Assembly: GCA_002633005.1 (NCBI GenBank)
Contig: NMRA01000531.1
Span: 2,437-66,436 of the forward strand
Source of the DNA: Phoronis australis
Lineage: Eukaryota; Animalia; Phoronida
Reading direction: 5' to 3'
Length of the DNA stretch: 64,000 nucleotides
Of this stretch, positions 1 through 12,916 are shown in pieces. The position numbers and the translations under genes are program-made. The notes under the pieces were generated by a model. It searched no databases and had not been told where the DNA came from. It saw only the letters and a program-made list of their open reading frames with translations. How positions within the stretch are numbered: the stretch's first letter is position 1; each line of letters starts with the position of its first letter.

Positions 1-549
1 CTTATTGCGTGCGAGTTGATAGACGCACGATATAAGTGTCCGTGTTCAGCATAAAAATTAAGGACGACTGTTAGCCATACCATTGAAATCTACTGGACTT
101 GTCTCAAACAACTCGCAGATTTTGCACACACAAGGTTGGACGATTACCTTGAAGATGCTATGCCTCATTAAACCGTGAATATTTAAATTTGTTGCAAGCG
201 CCATCTAGTGACTTTCTGGAGAACTGTGTGTACAAGTATAATCAGGAAAAGAAACAATTTCTAAATGAATTGTGGTTTTAAAGAAGTCACTACAATTGAT
301 ACACTTAAAATCAAATGTGGAAAAAAACTATTCAAATATTACACAACCCTTATTTGATATTGAAATAAACAAATAAAAAACTGTGCCTTGTTTCATTAGG
401 ATAAACATGAAATACTGCCGTACTCATTTACATAAAAATATTATCACAAAACGAGACTTTCGCGAGAATGTGTTTCTACGCGTTTACCATTGTTTGCAGT
501 TTGTGTGAAGATTTTTTCGGTTTTTGTGTAGTGCTCCTCGTAACAGGTT

Positions 550-1450
550 AGGAAATCCACGATGCTACTTCTGTCGTCTTATAAATTTTGAAAAAAACTT
601 TGACTTGTTGTCTTTGCACATTGAATGAGCATTATCTTTTTAATTTTGGTTGGTCAAGGTTTTCTGCAAAAATATTAATTCATATGTTATTTGTAAATAG
701 TCAACGTTGTTGGTTTAATATTTGGCTCTCGGGTTCAGGCACCACATATGAATGCAGTTAAAATCAAGGATCGCGAGTTGTTATTACTCAAATACGCAAA
801 TGACATTCTATTGTTTTAGACGGCTCAGACAAATATTCATCGTCGGTCTACCTTAGATGTTTTAAATCTGTTTCCAGATTTCTTTAGCCTCCTGGTTAGT
901 ATTGAGAAGAAAAAATTTATGGCCAACAGTACTGAAAAAATCTGTTAGAGAACAGCTGTCTTGGATTAAAACAAATTTCATGTTGTTGGGGGTTAACTTA
1001 GAAGTCGGCATGTACGATATGGTAGATCACAATTACTTGGTGAGATTGAAAAATACTAAATTAATCTTGAAAAATTGTTCCAAAAGAATTTTGACACATT
1101 TTGGGAGCATAACACTAGTCAAGACAGTTGCTGTTTCAAAAACTACGTCTCCTAATATCCTTGCCGCAGCCTTTGAAATATATTCTAGAAAAACAGAATT
1201 CAATGTTTTTTCAATTCCTCTGGTTAGGTGGAAGTGATAAAATTAAGCGTTACCGAGCTGTTTGTAATTATAACGAAGGAGGGATCAGAATGATTAATAT
1301 ATTTACCTTCTAGAAGGCTTTAAAGATTAACATGTTAATAAAGTTTACAGACGATCTGTTAAAGCCCTCCCACTTGCTACGTTTGATTTTTCATGGAATT
1401 AAACATTTCGCCAACTATGGTGTGGACAGTATGAAGACAAAATTGTTTAA
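550..1450 (+). mobile_element. Degenerate non-LTR retrotransposon (L1/Tx1-type) reverse transcriptase ORF2 fragment
   Basis: Frameshifted relics of RT motifs occur in the expected order: NFEKNFD (cf. DFEKAFD) at ~585, FNFG, KYAND (cf. QYADD) at ~790, CSKRILTHFGSITLVKT (cf. WxxRxLTxxGxITVxK), FLWLGGSDKIKR and YNEGGIRMINI. Boundaries are approximate. Confidence 0.8.
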
Positions 1451-4400
1451 AGTCCTTGTTGCAAACTACCCATGTGGTTCTAGTATCCGAAAATACTTAC
1501 TACATAAATTCTTATTTTCGACACCCTTTCTTTATAGTCTTTTCGCCTTTCTTGCCAAAACCGATTTTTTAACAGTATTTGACCCTTCTCTCTGAGCGTA
1601 TGATTACCGGTTGTCATCGGTTATTTCCGTACCCACATTTCCGGCTCATCAGCTCATCGCCATTTTTTTCCTTGTAACTGAATGTGCTATGGCTTGCTCG
1701 AAAAGTCTTCATTATTTTGTTTTATTAGTAATATATCGTGATTCGTTTGCATATGTAGTGTATTTATAGTTTGTAGTTAGTGGTCGTTGATTTTTTTGGA
1801 ATGTTATGCGTACTTAAGTATGTTAAAATAGCATTGGTGTTTAGTTCCTTACGTAGGCGGGTCGAACCTAGGAACCTATATGGGTCGAACCAATTTTTTT
1901 TTCGGTTTTATTTTTTTCCTCGTTTTAAAAAAGTACTTTACTATCATCGGAAAGGTAGTACATTCTATTCAGTAAAAATCGAAAAAGTGTCAAAATGGGG
2001 GCAAGCAGTGTAAAGTTATTGCAAGTTTTGTGGCGAAATTTGGGTCACTTTGTTTGGATCGCGTCGGCCATATTCAGGGAGGACAGCGGGATAAGTTACG
2101 AGTTTGAAACTTTGTGTAAATTGTTTTCGCCAACAAATTACGGTGAAATTTAGTTAGACATATCTTTACTTACTATTCTGCACGATTCAACAGTGTTCAC
2201 CAAATTTCAGCCTCGCAGTTGTTACTCATTAAGAGATAAATGTGCTCACATTCCCGTTGGACTTCGTCTCATTTCTNTCCTCTGCACGGTACAAGCCTTC
2301 AAACCTAAAAACCAAAGGTTACGTGAAAACAGACGTGATAGATTTCCATTTCAACGTGTAAATAGATTTCCAGAAGATATATGATAGGGAGTAAACAAAT
2401 AGTCTAATGCAATGGATATTTATCACTCACGTACCCATTGGGATTGGATTGTAATCTTAACTCATTAACCTGTATCGAGTTGACAGCATAAACATTCAGC
2501 ATTGATTGATGTAACTGTCACTGATAAACTTTTAGAAATCATTCCAAACAATAATAATGCTTTGATGTACGAAAAGATCCCGATTGCTACGTCAAGTATC
2601 GAATCACATATCACAACATACAAAGATTAACCAGACTCTGGCTGGCGACTGACTGCCGCGAAGCCGACATCGGCGAGTGCCTCAGTTAACAGGCATCGGT
2701 AGAATAATCATGGAATAATCGTTAAAATAATCACAAACCTTACCTTTGTATGAGGTCGTGCTTACTTCCTCTCATAGAAACACCCTTTTTACGCAATCTC
2801 AGATTCAGTTGGCACGGCTGCAAGCCATTTCACCATGTATTTAAAGGGCTCGCGAAATCGAGGCTGTTAATCTATCACCATTAGTACACGTACGCCCTCT
2901 AGTTATTGTAGATTTTCCGAATAGCCCCATTGGAAGGATTTTTTGAATGTGTCATGTCCTTCAGAAGTTGTTTAAGGATCAAGAATCACATTGATTTCCA
3001 TGACCAACATTAACAGTGACCTGGAAACGGGGGTAAAAAAATATTTTTTACGTGAACTTGTTCCACGAAGGAAGGAAATTTTCCATATTTTTGTTCATGT
3101 TCACGTTGGCAAACACAACAAGTCCGTTGATTCCGACTCAAATGTGATGATGGAAGTCTGTTTCATGAAAAATGAAATTTTATCTTACACTCCCACTAAA
3201 CAATTGCTGAGTAAATTATGAGTGCATCACAGTCTAGAAATAATTTATGGAACTTATCTCAGCAACTAGAGGTTGTGCTTATATTCTTAGAGACTACACT
3301 TTTTGTGAAATGAGATTTAATTTTTTTTCAGACATAGCTGTGGAGGGCGTATTACCAAAATTTCTTGCTTTGAAGTCGTAAGTCACTTTTCACGAAGTAG
3401 ATTCTAGCTTGAAGGTCAAGACCTAAGGTTGAGTTGGGACACTGTCTTGTTGCCGTGTGCTCCGGCTTGTTGTTATATGGTCAATTCCATTTGTGAAGGA
3501 CGTACAATCAGAGAACATTTTGGTCACTTGTGAAAATAATGTTCATCTTAGGAAAATAATTAATACATCAATTGATATCTTTCAAAGCATGTATCAACTT
3601 TTCCCCTATCTTTTAATCTGATTGAGAAAATTGATTTTAAAGAGGTGTGACGGACGTACGCAGAGAATTTGATTTTTTTTTAAATTAATATAAAATTTTC
3701 TGTGAGTTGCATTAAGTTACAATTTTATGTGTTACATGATGATTTAGTGGAATGTTTGCAAAGTATAACACACTAATTTTTTGATGATACCTTCTGAGAA
3801 ATTTTTGTCAGACAGCTCGATGTAAGTTGAGTTAGTGTGACGGACGGACGTGACGGAAGTACGCTCTGAATTTCTAGTATTAAATTGTTTGTTGTGACTA
3901 AGATGTCAATTCAGAATGATTTAAACTTTTGCCGTATTTAAGCTATATTGGTCTTTTGCTACTAATTCAATGTTTTTGGTCAAAATGTACCGATTGACCT
4001 TTGCGAAATCATCACAGGTAGGGCTATACTAGGAATATACTCTAGTATTTTAACTTTTCAATACATTTGATTAAAGATATAAAACAATCACCTAAAATCT
4101 TCACTTCCTTTTGAAGAGGGTAAGCATTATCGATGGTAATGAGAGTGATAATCATTTTGTATGTCACAGTTGTTAGTTATGAGGAAAATCTGTTTTTAAG
4201 CGTTAAATAGAACACTAATTCAAAACTAATAAGTAAATATGACAGTCAAAATATAAAATGTGAAATAAAGTTACATTACTAATCACTGTCATACAAATGC
4301 ACTTGAATTTAATTGTTTTTTTTAAGATAGAACTCGCCCTTAGAGCTTGTACAAAATTATTCTCTGGTCCATGGAGCACTTGGTTTAGTTGACATCATCG

Positions 4401-7089
4401 ACTTTTGACATTCATATTTTGATTGAAATCAATCGTGCTGTCTTCCATTGTGAAAACAAGACATTTTAAATTAATTGCATTTGGGATTATGATTTAGGAA
4501 TATGTAGAGCTAACTTATCAGATGCTGGTTTCTATTTAGTGATTAATATGATAAGGTTTTCATCCAGCTCTTTAACTCATGCCTTCTTTTCAAATTTAAA
4601 GAGAGGCCTTAAATAATGCCACATTACAGTATGCGCAAGTACAATTACGAATTTCCTGATCCACGATGGCATTTTTTCGAGTTTCAGAGAATATCCCAAC
4701 AGATATTTACTCTTCTCCCGGTTGCGCCTGTTCTTCCCATGGTCTCCAACAATTTCCTCTATCCTTTCTAAATGCCAGTTTAATCTCCTCGAGGCTCAGC
4801 AGAAAAATTAGTCTAATTCTTAAAAAGATTGAAGGATAAAAAATATGTAAGATGAGACAATGTAATCATTGGTTATGAAATAATTTCATACAAGTAACCC
4901 AATACATTGAAAAACATATAAAGAGTGTCTACAGCCAGTGAGGGTGTGACAAAATTGCTCAATAAAGTAGGTGACAGATTCCTACTGCTTAAAAATTCCT
5001 TGTATCGGCTTTTTCAACACAAAACACAGCATAGCAGGTCGGAGCAGAAATAACATGTTGATTCCAACAACAACAACTTGACATGTATTTCTTTAGGTCT
5101 CTTGTTATTTGCGTATACTCTAGAGCACCTTAGGATTTCTTTTGTATGAATATTTTTGCCTCTTGAATTTCCCAAAAGCCAAGCATTTCTTTACTAACAC
5201 GGGGTACCAACAGAAAAACGATAAGTTCATTAAATCAACATTTTGTTTTATTTACATTTTATAATGTGTCCAACTGTTTGATTTTAATAAGTTGAATTCT
5301 ACTAAGAATAACTTACATTGTAAACTATACCTTTTCTCCAAATACTTTTGAAATTGGAAAAAATCATTGCATTTAGTTAAAATCTGTAACAACTTACTCA
5401 CTTAGTTTTAAAGCTGCCTTTGTAATATTTTATCGTTTTAAGGTTCTTAGGTGTGAGATACATTTTATCTTATGTAAGTTTAGAAAGTAAAAATATGACC
5501 TAAGGTTATTTTTATTGGCTGAAAAAGTGCAGCAGTGTGTCAGCCTCGATGAATTTTTGAGTTTTCTTGGTCTGTTTTCGTGTCTTAGCTTCTGGACTGT
5601 AAATAGTTATAGAAATATTTCCCCGAGTTGATCACAGCATTGGAAGATAATGGTGGAAACTATGCTGATTTGCAGACTTGAGGTAAGGACTTTATCGCAA
5701 AAAGCAGATTTTACTCTACGGCGTTGAACGCTGCGAGCAGACGATTGGCTCAGTAAAAAATACATACTCGTCATTTGGTCTTAATTTTCTGTAAAGACCT
5801 TACCTCTCAGAGTAACTATACTGAATGCATCCATAACGAGACGTTTTCATTGGATTTGAGTTAAATTTTTGGTTGATTTGCTGGCCGGGGACGCTATACT
5901 TAGCTTGACCTACTTACGATGACCCAGAAGAAAACTTCAGCGAGGCCCAAAAATAGCTACCTGATCACCGTGCGTCGGAATTTTCATCGGATTTTTTTTT
6001 TTTTAGAGATGTAAAACTGCTTTTTCAGTAATGACGCCTTGTGTTGATGATTTGGGTAACCCAAATGAACGAGCTCAATCAAATTTGGCGTTGCACACGC
6101 GAGTTTACTCGACAAGGAGACTGCTCACCAACCGTGAAAAAACGGCTTCTACCGTGGTATAATTTTACTTGATGATGAATTTTCCGAATATCAGTGTGTG
6201 GAGGGTGTTGCTCGCCAATGATATTGTTTGTCGTGAGCCTGTGGCGCGTTTCTTTTTTTTTTTCATGTGGTGTCTATGGTTGCCCACATTGTTTTTTGGG
6301 CGATATGTCTCAAGTTGAGCGTTTCCTTTTGTTTGGTTTAGTTGCCACAGTAACATTGTTTAGTGCCGTTGAGGAAAGACAATTATGCGCCACCGCCTGC
6401 AACCTACGCAAAGACTTTCGCTTGCATAAGTTTTGTGGAATACTAATTGCGCAAAATGTTTGTGGGGGGTAGTGTACAAGTCTTAAATCGCTTAACCTAC
6501 TTATATACGATAGTCAAAAGCCTAAGCTTTTTGGCTTAGCAGAGTTCGTGAATAATGTCATATAGTCAAACGTCTTAAAGTTAAGACGTTTGACTTAAAA
6601 TTATTAGTCAGATCTGAAGCCATCTTATCGACGGTAGCTTGTGTTGTACAGCATTTACTAATCAGGTGCTTGCAAAACGGTATTTTATACAACTTAGAGG
6701 CCGTTTTATTGAAAAAAAAGAGTTACTTTGATTCCAGAGATGACTTCTCGAAATCATGTAATTGATTAGCCATTTCATTGACGCAGTCCTTGTCATCATA
6801 ATGATCGGGCAATAATTCAAATGCTACATTTTCTGCAAAATACCAACATCTGTAAGTTTGCTACCAAATCTCTCTTTGTTACATATTGCTAGCCCAAACT
6901 GTCACAACGTCCCTAATTGTCACAACTTCAAAATTATGACACTTTGGGTTTGGGCAGACCCAAATTGTCACAATTTGCCCAAATTGTCACATAAACGTAA
7001 AATGTGTCGGGAATATTTTGGCTATAAAATTGGATGTTCAGTCAAAAAGGTGCACTTTCTTAATCAAAATTTGAAACACTGTTCTCAAT

Positions 7090-7188
7090 GTTCTCAGTCG
7101 TTATCCCCCTTATCTAGAGCCCTCGTGGATTTTGTAGAATTATCACCCTCGGGGCGTTAGACTTCGCCATGTAATAATCTATATTTAT
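7090..7188 (-). repeat. Truncated, internally deleted copy of the 5' end of the 12044-12916 element
   Basis: The reverse complement reads ATAAATATAGATTATTACATGGCGAAGTC-TAACGCCCC...AAAATCCACGAGGGCTCTAGATAAGGGGGATAACGACTGAGAAC, matching 12040-12195 with one palindrome arm missing. Confidence 0.85.
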
Positions 7189-7391
7189 CGTCATAGATGC
7201 GCATGCCAACTTCACGTTGCATTTGTTATTTCTGATGTGCGTTTCACTGTAAACTAGTTGTAAATAGAAGCCTGAAGATGAGATATGTGTCTCGAAATAT
7301 CACTTTTTAAAATATGTTACCTACTGATGTCGTTTGGATTTTTGTTTCACTGTTGCGATGTAAAGACAATATCTCTATTTAGAGAGTTGTT

Positions 7392-7548
7392 AGTCGTGTT
7401 TTTAATGATATATATATATATATATATTTCATTAAAAACACGACTTTGATCTGCTTTTACTAGTTTAATCTCGATATAATGAAATATATATATATATATA
7501 TAAAACACGACTTTGATCTGCTTTTACTAGTTTAATCTCGATATAATG

Positions 7549-7581
<33 letters not shown>
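7392..7581. repeat. (TA)n microsatellites with a flanking hairpin and a ~67-bp tandem duplication
   Basis: AGTCGTGTTTTTAATGA-(TA)n-TCATTAAAAACACGACT is an inverted pair around a TA run. AAAACACGACTTTGATCTGCTTTTACTAGTTTAATCTCGATATAATGAA(TA)n occurs twice in tandem. Confidence 0.9.
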
Positions 7582-7588
<7 letters not shown>

Positions 7589-9407
7589 ACCCAATTGTTT
7601 TAGCATTGGCAACTGCCCATTTTTATACAGACCTCTTTGTTTTCGCTACTAAACAAAAACTTCTCGAATTGGATTGGAATTTTCAGATCAGGCTGGGTAA
7701 ATTTATTTTCTCAAATTTGTCAGCAAAAGTAAATCTTGATTTATCAAGGTTTGAAGTTTGGAATTTTGTGCTCGACCTAGTTGGCGTTAGGCCTACCTCA
7801 TAAGATATCTTTCCCGATATCACATGTAAAATAACCGTTGATTAAGCTCATTATTTCCGGATGAAAAGTGATTAAACGATTGAGTCCTAAACGCCGAACA
7901 CTTGTGGAATTTCCGTAATGTAGACATGCGCAATTTCCGTTGCTTCTTGCGCTCATAAGCCGTTGTCTTGATGACGCGACCAATTATACAAGTGACAGCC
8001 TTACGTTAAACATTTACACGCAACGATGCTTAGAATTAAGGCTTACCTTATTGGGATACTGGTGGTTGGGTGCTGCTTCTCGACATTAACGGAATGTCAT
8101 TATTTTGTAAAGGTAAGAGCAATAAAAAATGTCAATTTATACCTTATCGCTATATTTATAAGTTTTGTTTGCATCACACTTAGGCCTACTTGGGTTACGC
8201 AGTTGAAACCAGACAATTTGGCCTTGCAATTGTTAAAAAGTTAACCCTTAGTGTATGTGTGTACGTTGGCAGCAAACTTCCTTTTAAGCAAGTAGGCACA
8301 TTATGGAATTTCGTACTGGCCTCATTGTCCTCTCATCAGCTCCCCCATTACAGTGGCGAATGTGTCCGATCAAATATCTAGGAATAAGTCTGTGTAATGT
8401 ATTTGTGTATTTATGATCTCTTCGTTTTTGCAATAAACATGGGGCAGCTATTGCAGTGTGTGCCAATACAAGAGCGTGTCATTCTGAGCTGATCAAAGAT
8501 CTCTGTTAAACCTGGAATCTGCAGAAACCAGTGTACTGTTCACTAGTACTTCGATATCTTGGCTACCACTGAAGCTGGCGGGCTCGTTTTTTCTTTAAGT
8601 AGTGAAGCGCAAGTATCAAAATGAGTCGGAGCGCAGAGCTCCGTTTCATGAAAGTTATAAGTCTCAAGTTTGATTGTTGGCATGACGTCAACCGCATTGT
8701 TCAACAAGCACAGTGGCGGGATCACAGTATTGTCACGTCGGTCTAAGTTAAGACTGATATTGCTTCACGAAACAGAACCCTGATCAGAACCAACTACGCT
8801 TTTTTACATTTACCTTTATATTTATTTGTAGTAATGCTGTCTTCGGTGGTAAGTGTATTACTGGTGTTGTAATTACCGTTGTTACTGCTGTTTAATTGGT
8901 GATACTACGATTTAGGGAAAGAGGACTTACGAAGCTCTTACAAGTGTCTCCAAAGAAGACAAGAAGTCAGGTAAGGAGAAAAGAGGTTTGTTGTGAAGTG
9001 GGTTTAAAAAGATTGCACGCGGTCTAATGCCTAAGTTGCATCAGACGTGCGCAAGTCACACATGTCTGTCCCATTGCACAAAACACCTGATTTGAAACTC
9101 ATGAAAATCCTCTTCCAAGCGACCTCACTCCACTCGTAATAGCGTAACATGTTAATTTGGATAAAGCGTCATTTTTTCTTGATCCCATTACACGCCCATT
9201 TATTTGTATGTAAAGAAGTTTGCGACGAAGTCGTCGTTTCTACTTACCTCAGAGGCTGAATCTGTCTTTATTTTTATGTGCAAGTTGTCACCAATGAACT
9301 TCTTGTCCTGCCATGCATATTTGCGACAAGTATGGTCGTGACAGTTTGAGTTCATGCAAAGTAGCGTTCGTCGTTACAAGAGGTTGCGTGAGTCCATACG
9401 GGTAAAT

Positions 9408-11263
9408 TACAATCAAGGTTAAAATTCGAGAGTCAACTGTGTTACGAGCTAAAATAAAATTTTCTGGTCACTTACCAAATGCCAACTGAATCCCATATGC
9501 ATAGGGTTATTTAGTTGTGCAAATTAAAAAAGAATCATCAAAATCGGACAATGTTTGAGAAATTTATGCATGTTTTTGTCTGTGAATTTCATGTATTTTT
9601 TAGCGTTACGAGTGGCCATTTTAAAAATTCCAATTTTCAGATGTCAACAGTGGAAAAGATATTTATTTTATTAAGTAAGCAATTGTTTTGACATGACTAG
9701 GAATAATCCGAGTCGCTTTCAGAATCACTTATATGAAGTTGTGTTTAATCATTGAGAAATGATGGGGGTTCATCCTATAACAAGAACTCGTTACGAAATT
9801 TGTGAATTCTGTGTTTTTAACCCTCATTTACTGTGAAGAAGGTTAAAAAGTTTACACTCTCTAATAAAAAGAACTGCAGAATATGTTAGCCAAACCGAGG
9901 CCACACTGTAAATTATTCAATATCTAAACCAACTAAAAGTTTGAATATTGACTGGGTTCAGCTATTTGAAAAAGGGCCAAAATGGCTAAAAAAATGTAGT
10001 GTACGTACCCCCTGGTGAAATTCAGTAACACAAATGGTGAATGCGAATGAAATTATTGCCTTTTAAATAACAAAATGGTGCTTTTTATCATCAAAGAAAA
10101 ATAAATGGCCATAAAACATTATGTTTCCATGTGATGCAGAAACAGTGATGTAGTGCACGTACAATTTTTTGTAGTTTACGTACCCCCATGTTTACAAATA
10201 CCATGAAATTATCACTTTGTAAGTGAGCAACATTGGTCCCAGAAAGTTTCCTTCTTTAAAATCTTAGGTTAAAAGGGTTTTTGATTATGAATACATTTGT
10301 TTTGAGTGATGTATTAGCATTTGTGTAGTGTACGTACCTCTATATTTTAACATGTGCCTGTTTTCAAAGAATGACAGACAGATATCCACATGCATGTTGT
10401 ACTTTTTATTTGTTCTTTGAATAGATTTATAGATTTGGAAATTGCAGATTCTAAGTGTTTTTATAAACCTGACAAGTCATTGAAATGTGGTGTACGTACC
10501 CCTGTGTAGTGTACGTACCTTGAGCCTCTGTGCTATAAAATGTTGCCCACAAGTAGTTTTACATACTGCTGTTATAAAAAATACTGATATTTCCAAAATG
10601 CATTTAGTCTGACAAAAAAACAATGGACATTATCAAATTTGTGGACAATAGAATGCCACACAGGATTATCCAGTAACATCCCAGAAGACACGTCATGTGA
10701 CAACCGATGTTACAGAGTCAGGTGCTCTATCACTCGAGACAACTTGCAGCAAGCCAACAAGTAATAGCAGCACAAAACTCGAGACCATCCCATAAATTTT
10801 GTAACTTTGTCAAAATTTGATGTTGATTGACTGTGCATTAATACTTAGTGTACGTACCCCCAACCATCCCATTTTTACTGTTAACATGTTGAACACTGGA
10901 CCTAGCATTGCTTTAACTATTTTGACCAACTGGTGAATATATTGTATACTAGGCAAATAACACCAATAAAGTTTTTAAAAAAGTAGTTACTTATCGTTCT
11001 CTTTATGTAAGAATCAAATTCAAGAGAAAAGGTTCTCATTATACTCATATATGCAATTCATCATCATCTAGGACAACTTGATCAGCACGGTAATATTTTT
11101 TCTTACTTCAGTATGTGATACTTCTTCAATTTAAGCAAGAAGTTATTAAATTAACAGCTACAAACCTGGAATTATGGTACTTTAAAATAACCCAGCTTTT
11201 ATAGTTATATGACATCCTTCATTTTTAACCAAAAGTGGCCACCGAATATGGACCTTGATTGTG
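9408..11263. mobile_element. Non-autonomous DNA transposon with ~21-bp imperfect TIRs and dispersed internal motifs (CMC/EnSpm-like, tentative)
   Basis: Left end TACAATCAAGGTTAAAATTCG; right end (reverse complement) CACAATCAAGGTCCATATTCG. AT lies on both flanks. About 7 copies of GTAGTGTACGTACCC occur inside, and there is no ORF. Confidence 0.65.
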
Positions 11264-12043
11264 ATTTGCACGGTAGCTATGTAGGTCACGTTCATCTATT
11301 GTCGGTGCTTGGCATTTAAACAAAGTTACTTTACACAGATGACTGCTTCCGATAGTCTGGTCTCCTCATTTAAACTGCTGTATAGAAGGATCAGTGGTTC
11401 CCTGAGCAAGTCTGGTCATCTCACTTTCACTTTTGTCCATGACAAGATTCAAGGGGGAATCAACAATTGGTCGGACTTCAAAACCCCTTCCCCAGACTTC
11501 AAAATCACTTTCCAGGACTTCCAAAACCAGTCGCCTTGGGTGCAAAACCGAAATCAACAGGTTCGTTTATTGCTGCGATTGCGCTTTTGAATAGGCTACA
11601 AACTGACGAATGTTTATCTTGAAACAATATACATGTATCATATTAGAATCAAGCTTTGGACACTGCAACGTTAAAAATTATCGAATTACCCGCGCAATCG
11701 AGAATTCCCGCGCATGAGGAACACGTACCTGGGCCCAGAATCTGATCTTTGTACTCGAAACGAACTCGAAATTATTTTTGGCAATTTCTCTGCTGCTTTT
11801 GTGCGAACTTAAGATAAGTGGTTATAAGACTATGCTCAAATACATTACAATTTACGCAAATGAGTTTCTAGTCAAACTTTGCACTTGATAAACCTTATAG
11901 CCGGGCTACAAACTCCGAGTAAAAACTTGAAATTTCGAGTTCAAACTAGAACTTTTAGCCTGTATGTTGGGTTAACTTTATCAACTGCAAACCAGGACTA
12001 AAAATTATCCACGTAAGTCATTATGTACTCGAGCATAGAATAA

Positions 12044-12916
12044 ATATAGATTATTACATGGCGAAGTCGTTATCCCCCGTTATCTAGAGCCCGAGTGGAT
12101 TTTGAAGAATTATCACAATTGGGGCTAACGCCCCTCGGGCGATAATTCTCCAAAATCCACGAGGGCTCTAGATAAGGGGGTTAACGACTGAGAACGTGTA
12201 ATAATCTATTTATACCACATACTGAACGAGAAACATTGCAATCAATCGATCTACCTTTCTCGACTCGCCTCGGCTTTGTAACTACTTTCTATGTCAGAGG
12301 CCCGGGGTCGGAGGTCGTGACCTTTTAAGAAAAGCCGAGCTATCTTTGTCAAATAATGCTTATATTCAAAACCAATTGAAAATTTAAACAAAATAGAAAT
12401 AAAGTGAATCTATAAACTAAGGTTTAGCAACTATTATAGCTTACTACACATTTTATCACGCTGAGCTTCGACCGGGAAAATAGCGTCTGCTAAAGTACTA
12501 CTAGGTTACCACTAGTAACTGACTATAGTGCTCAAGTCAAAGGATCCCGACGACACGATACCCGCATTCAAATTGGAGATCGGGGAATTACAAGTGAAGG
12601 AACACGATAGAAAATTTTCACTGAATTAAAATATCGTTTTAATGAAAATTATGCGTCTTATTTTTCATAGCGCCAAATGTCGGTTCAATGTCCTTTGCTG
12701 AACATTGTTGTGCGTGCTCATTTAAGTATTCTATTTTCACGTTCGATGACGTCAGCCGCTGAGTGGTGTGGTGGTAAAGTCGGCAACTCGAAACTCTTGA
12801 AGCCCGGGTTCAAATCCGGCCTCGGTTTCCCGCCAAATTGATATCTCACTAGTGAGATAACTTTATGGGTTATTTCACGGTTGCATCTGCCATTCGAGGC
12901 TAATATTGTGGTATAA
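12044..12916. mobile_element. Non-autonomous element with a large terminal hairpin, no TIRs at its ends and an ATAA junction repeat (Crypton-like, tentative)
   Basis: Boundaries are defined by an empty paralogous site at 44097-44127. Contains an imperfect palindrome at 12046-12209, the internal inverted pair TTATACCACA/TGTGGTATAA and the palindrome ATCTCACTAGTGAGAT near 12843. Confidence 0.7.
12758..12827 (+). pseudogene. tRNA-like sequence (pseudo-tRNA or SINE head) inside the 12044-12916 element
   Basis: A-box-like TGGTGTGGTGG, T-arm CCGGGTTCAAATCCGG, and a partial acceptor stem GCTGAG/CTCGGT. The anticodon stem pairs poorly (loop CTCGAAA), so this is not called a functional tRNA. Confidence 0.55.

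Noticed and set aside
4574-4820. Minus-strand open stretch of about 75 codons after an AG (..LNWHLERIEEIVGDHGKNRR..)
   Set aside because: No recognisable domain or partner exons were found. It may be TE debris.
9990-10862. CRISPR-like repeat-spacer appearance of the GTAGTGTACGTACCC motifs
   Set aside because: The context is eukaryotic, the repeats are too short, spacing ranges from about 20 to 340 bp, there are no cas genes, and the motifs are enclosed by transposon TIRs.
12758-12827. Functional tRNA-Ser(CGA) gene
   Set aside because: The anticodon stem does not pair and the sequence lies inside a mobile element. It is kept only as tRNA-like.
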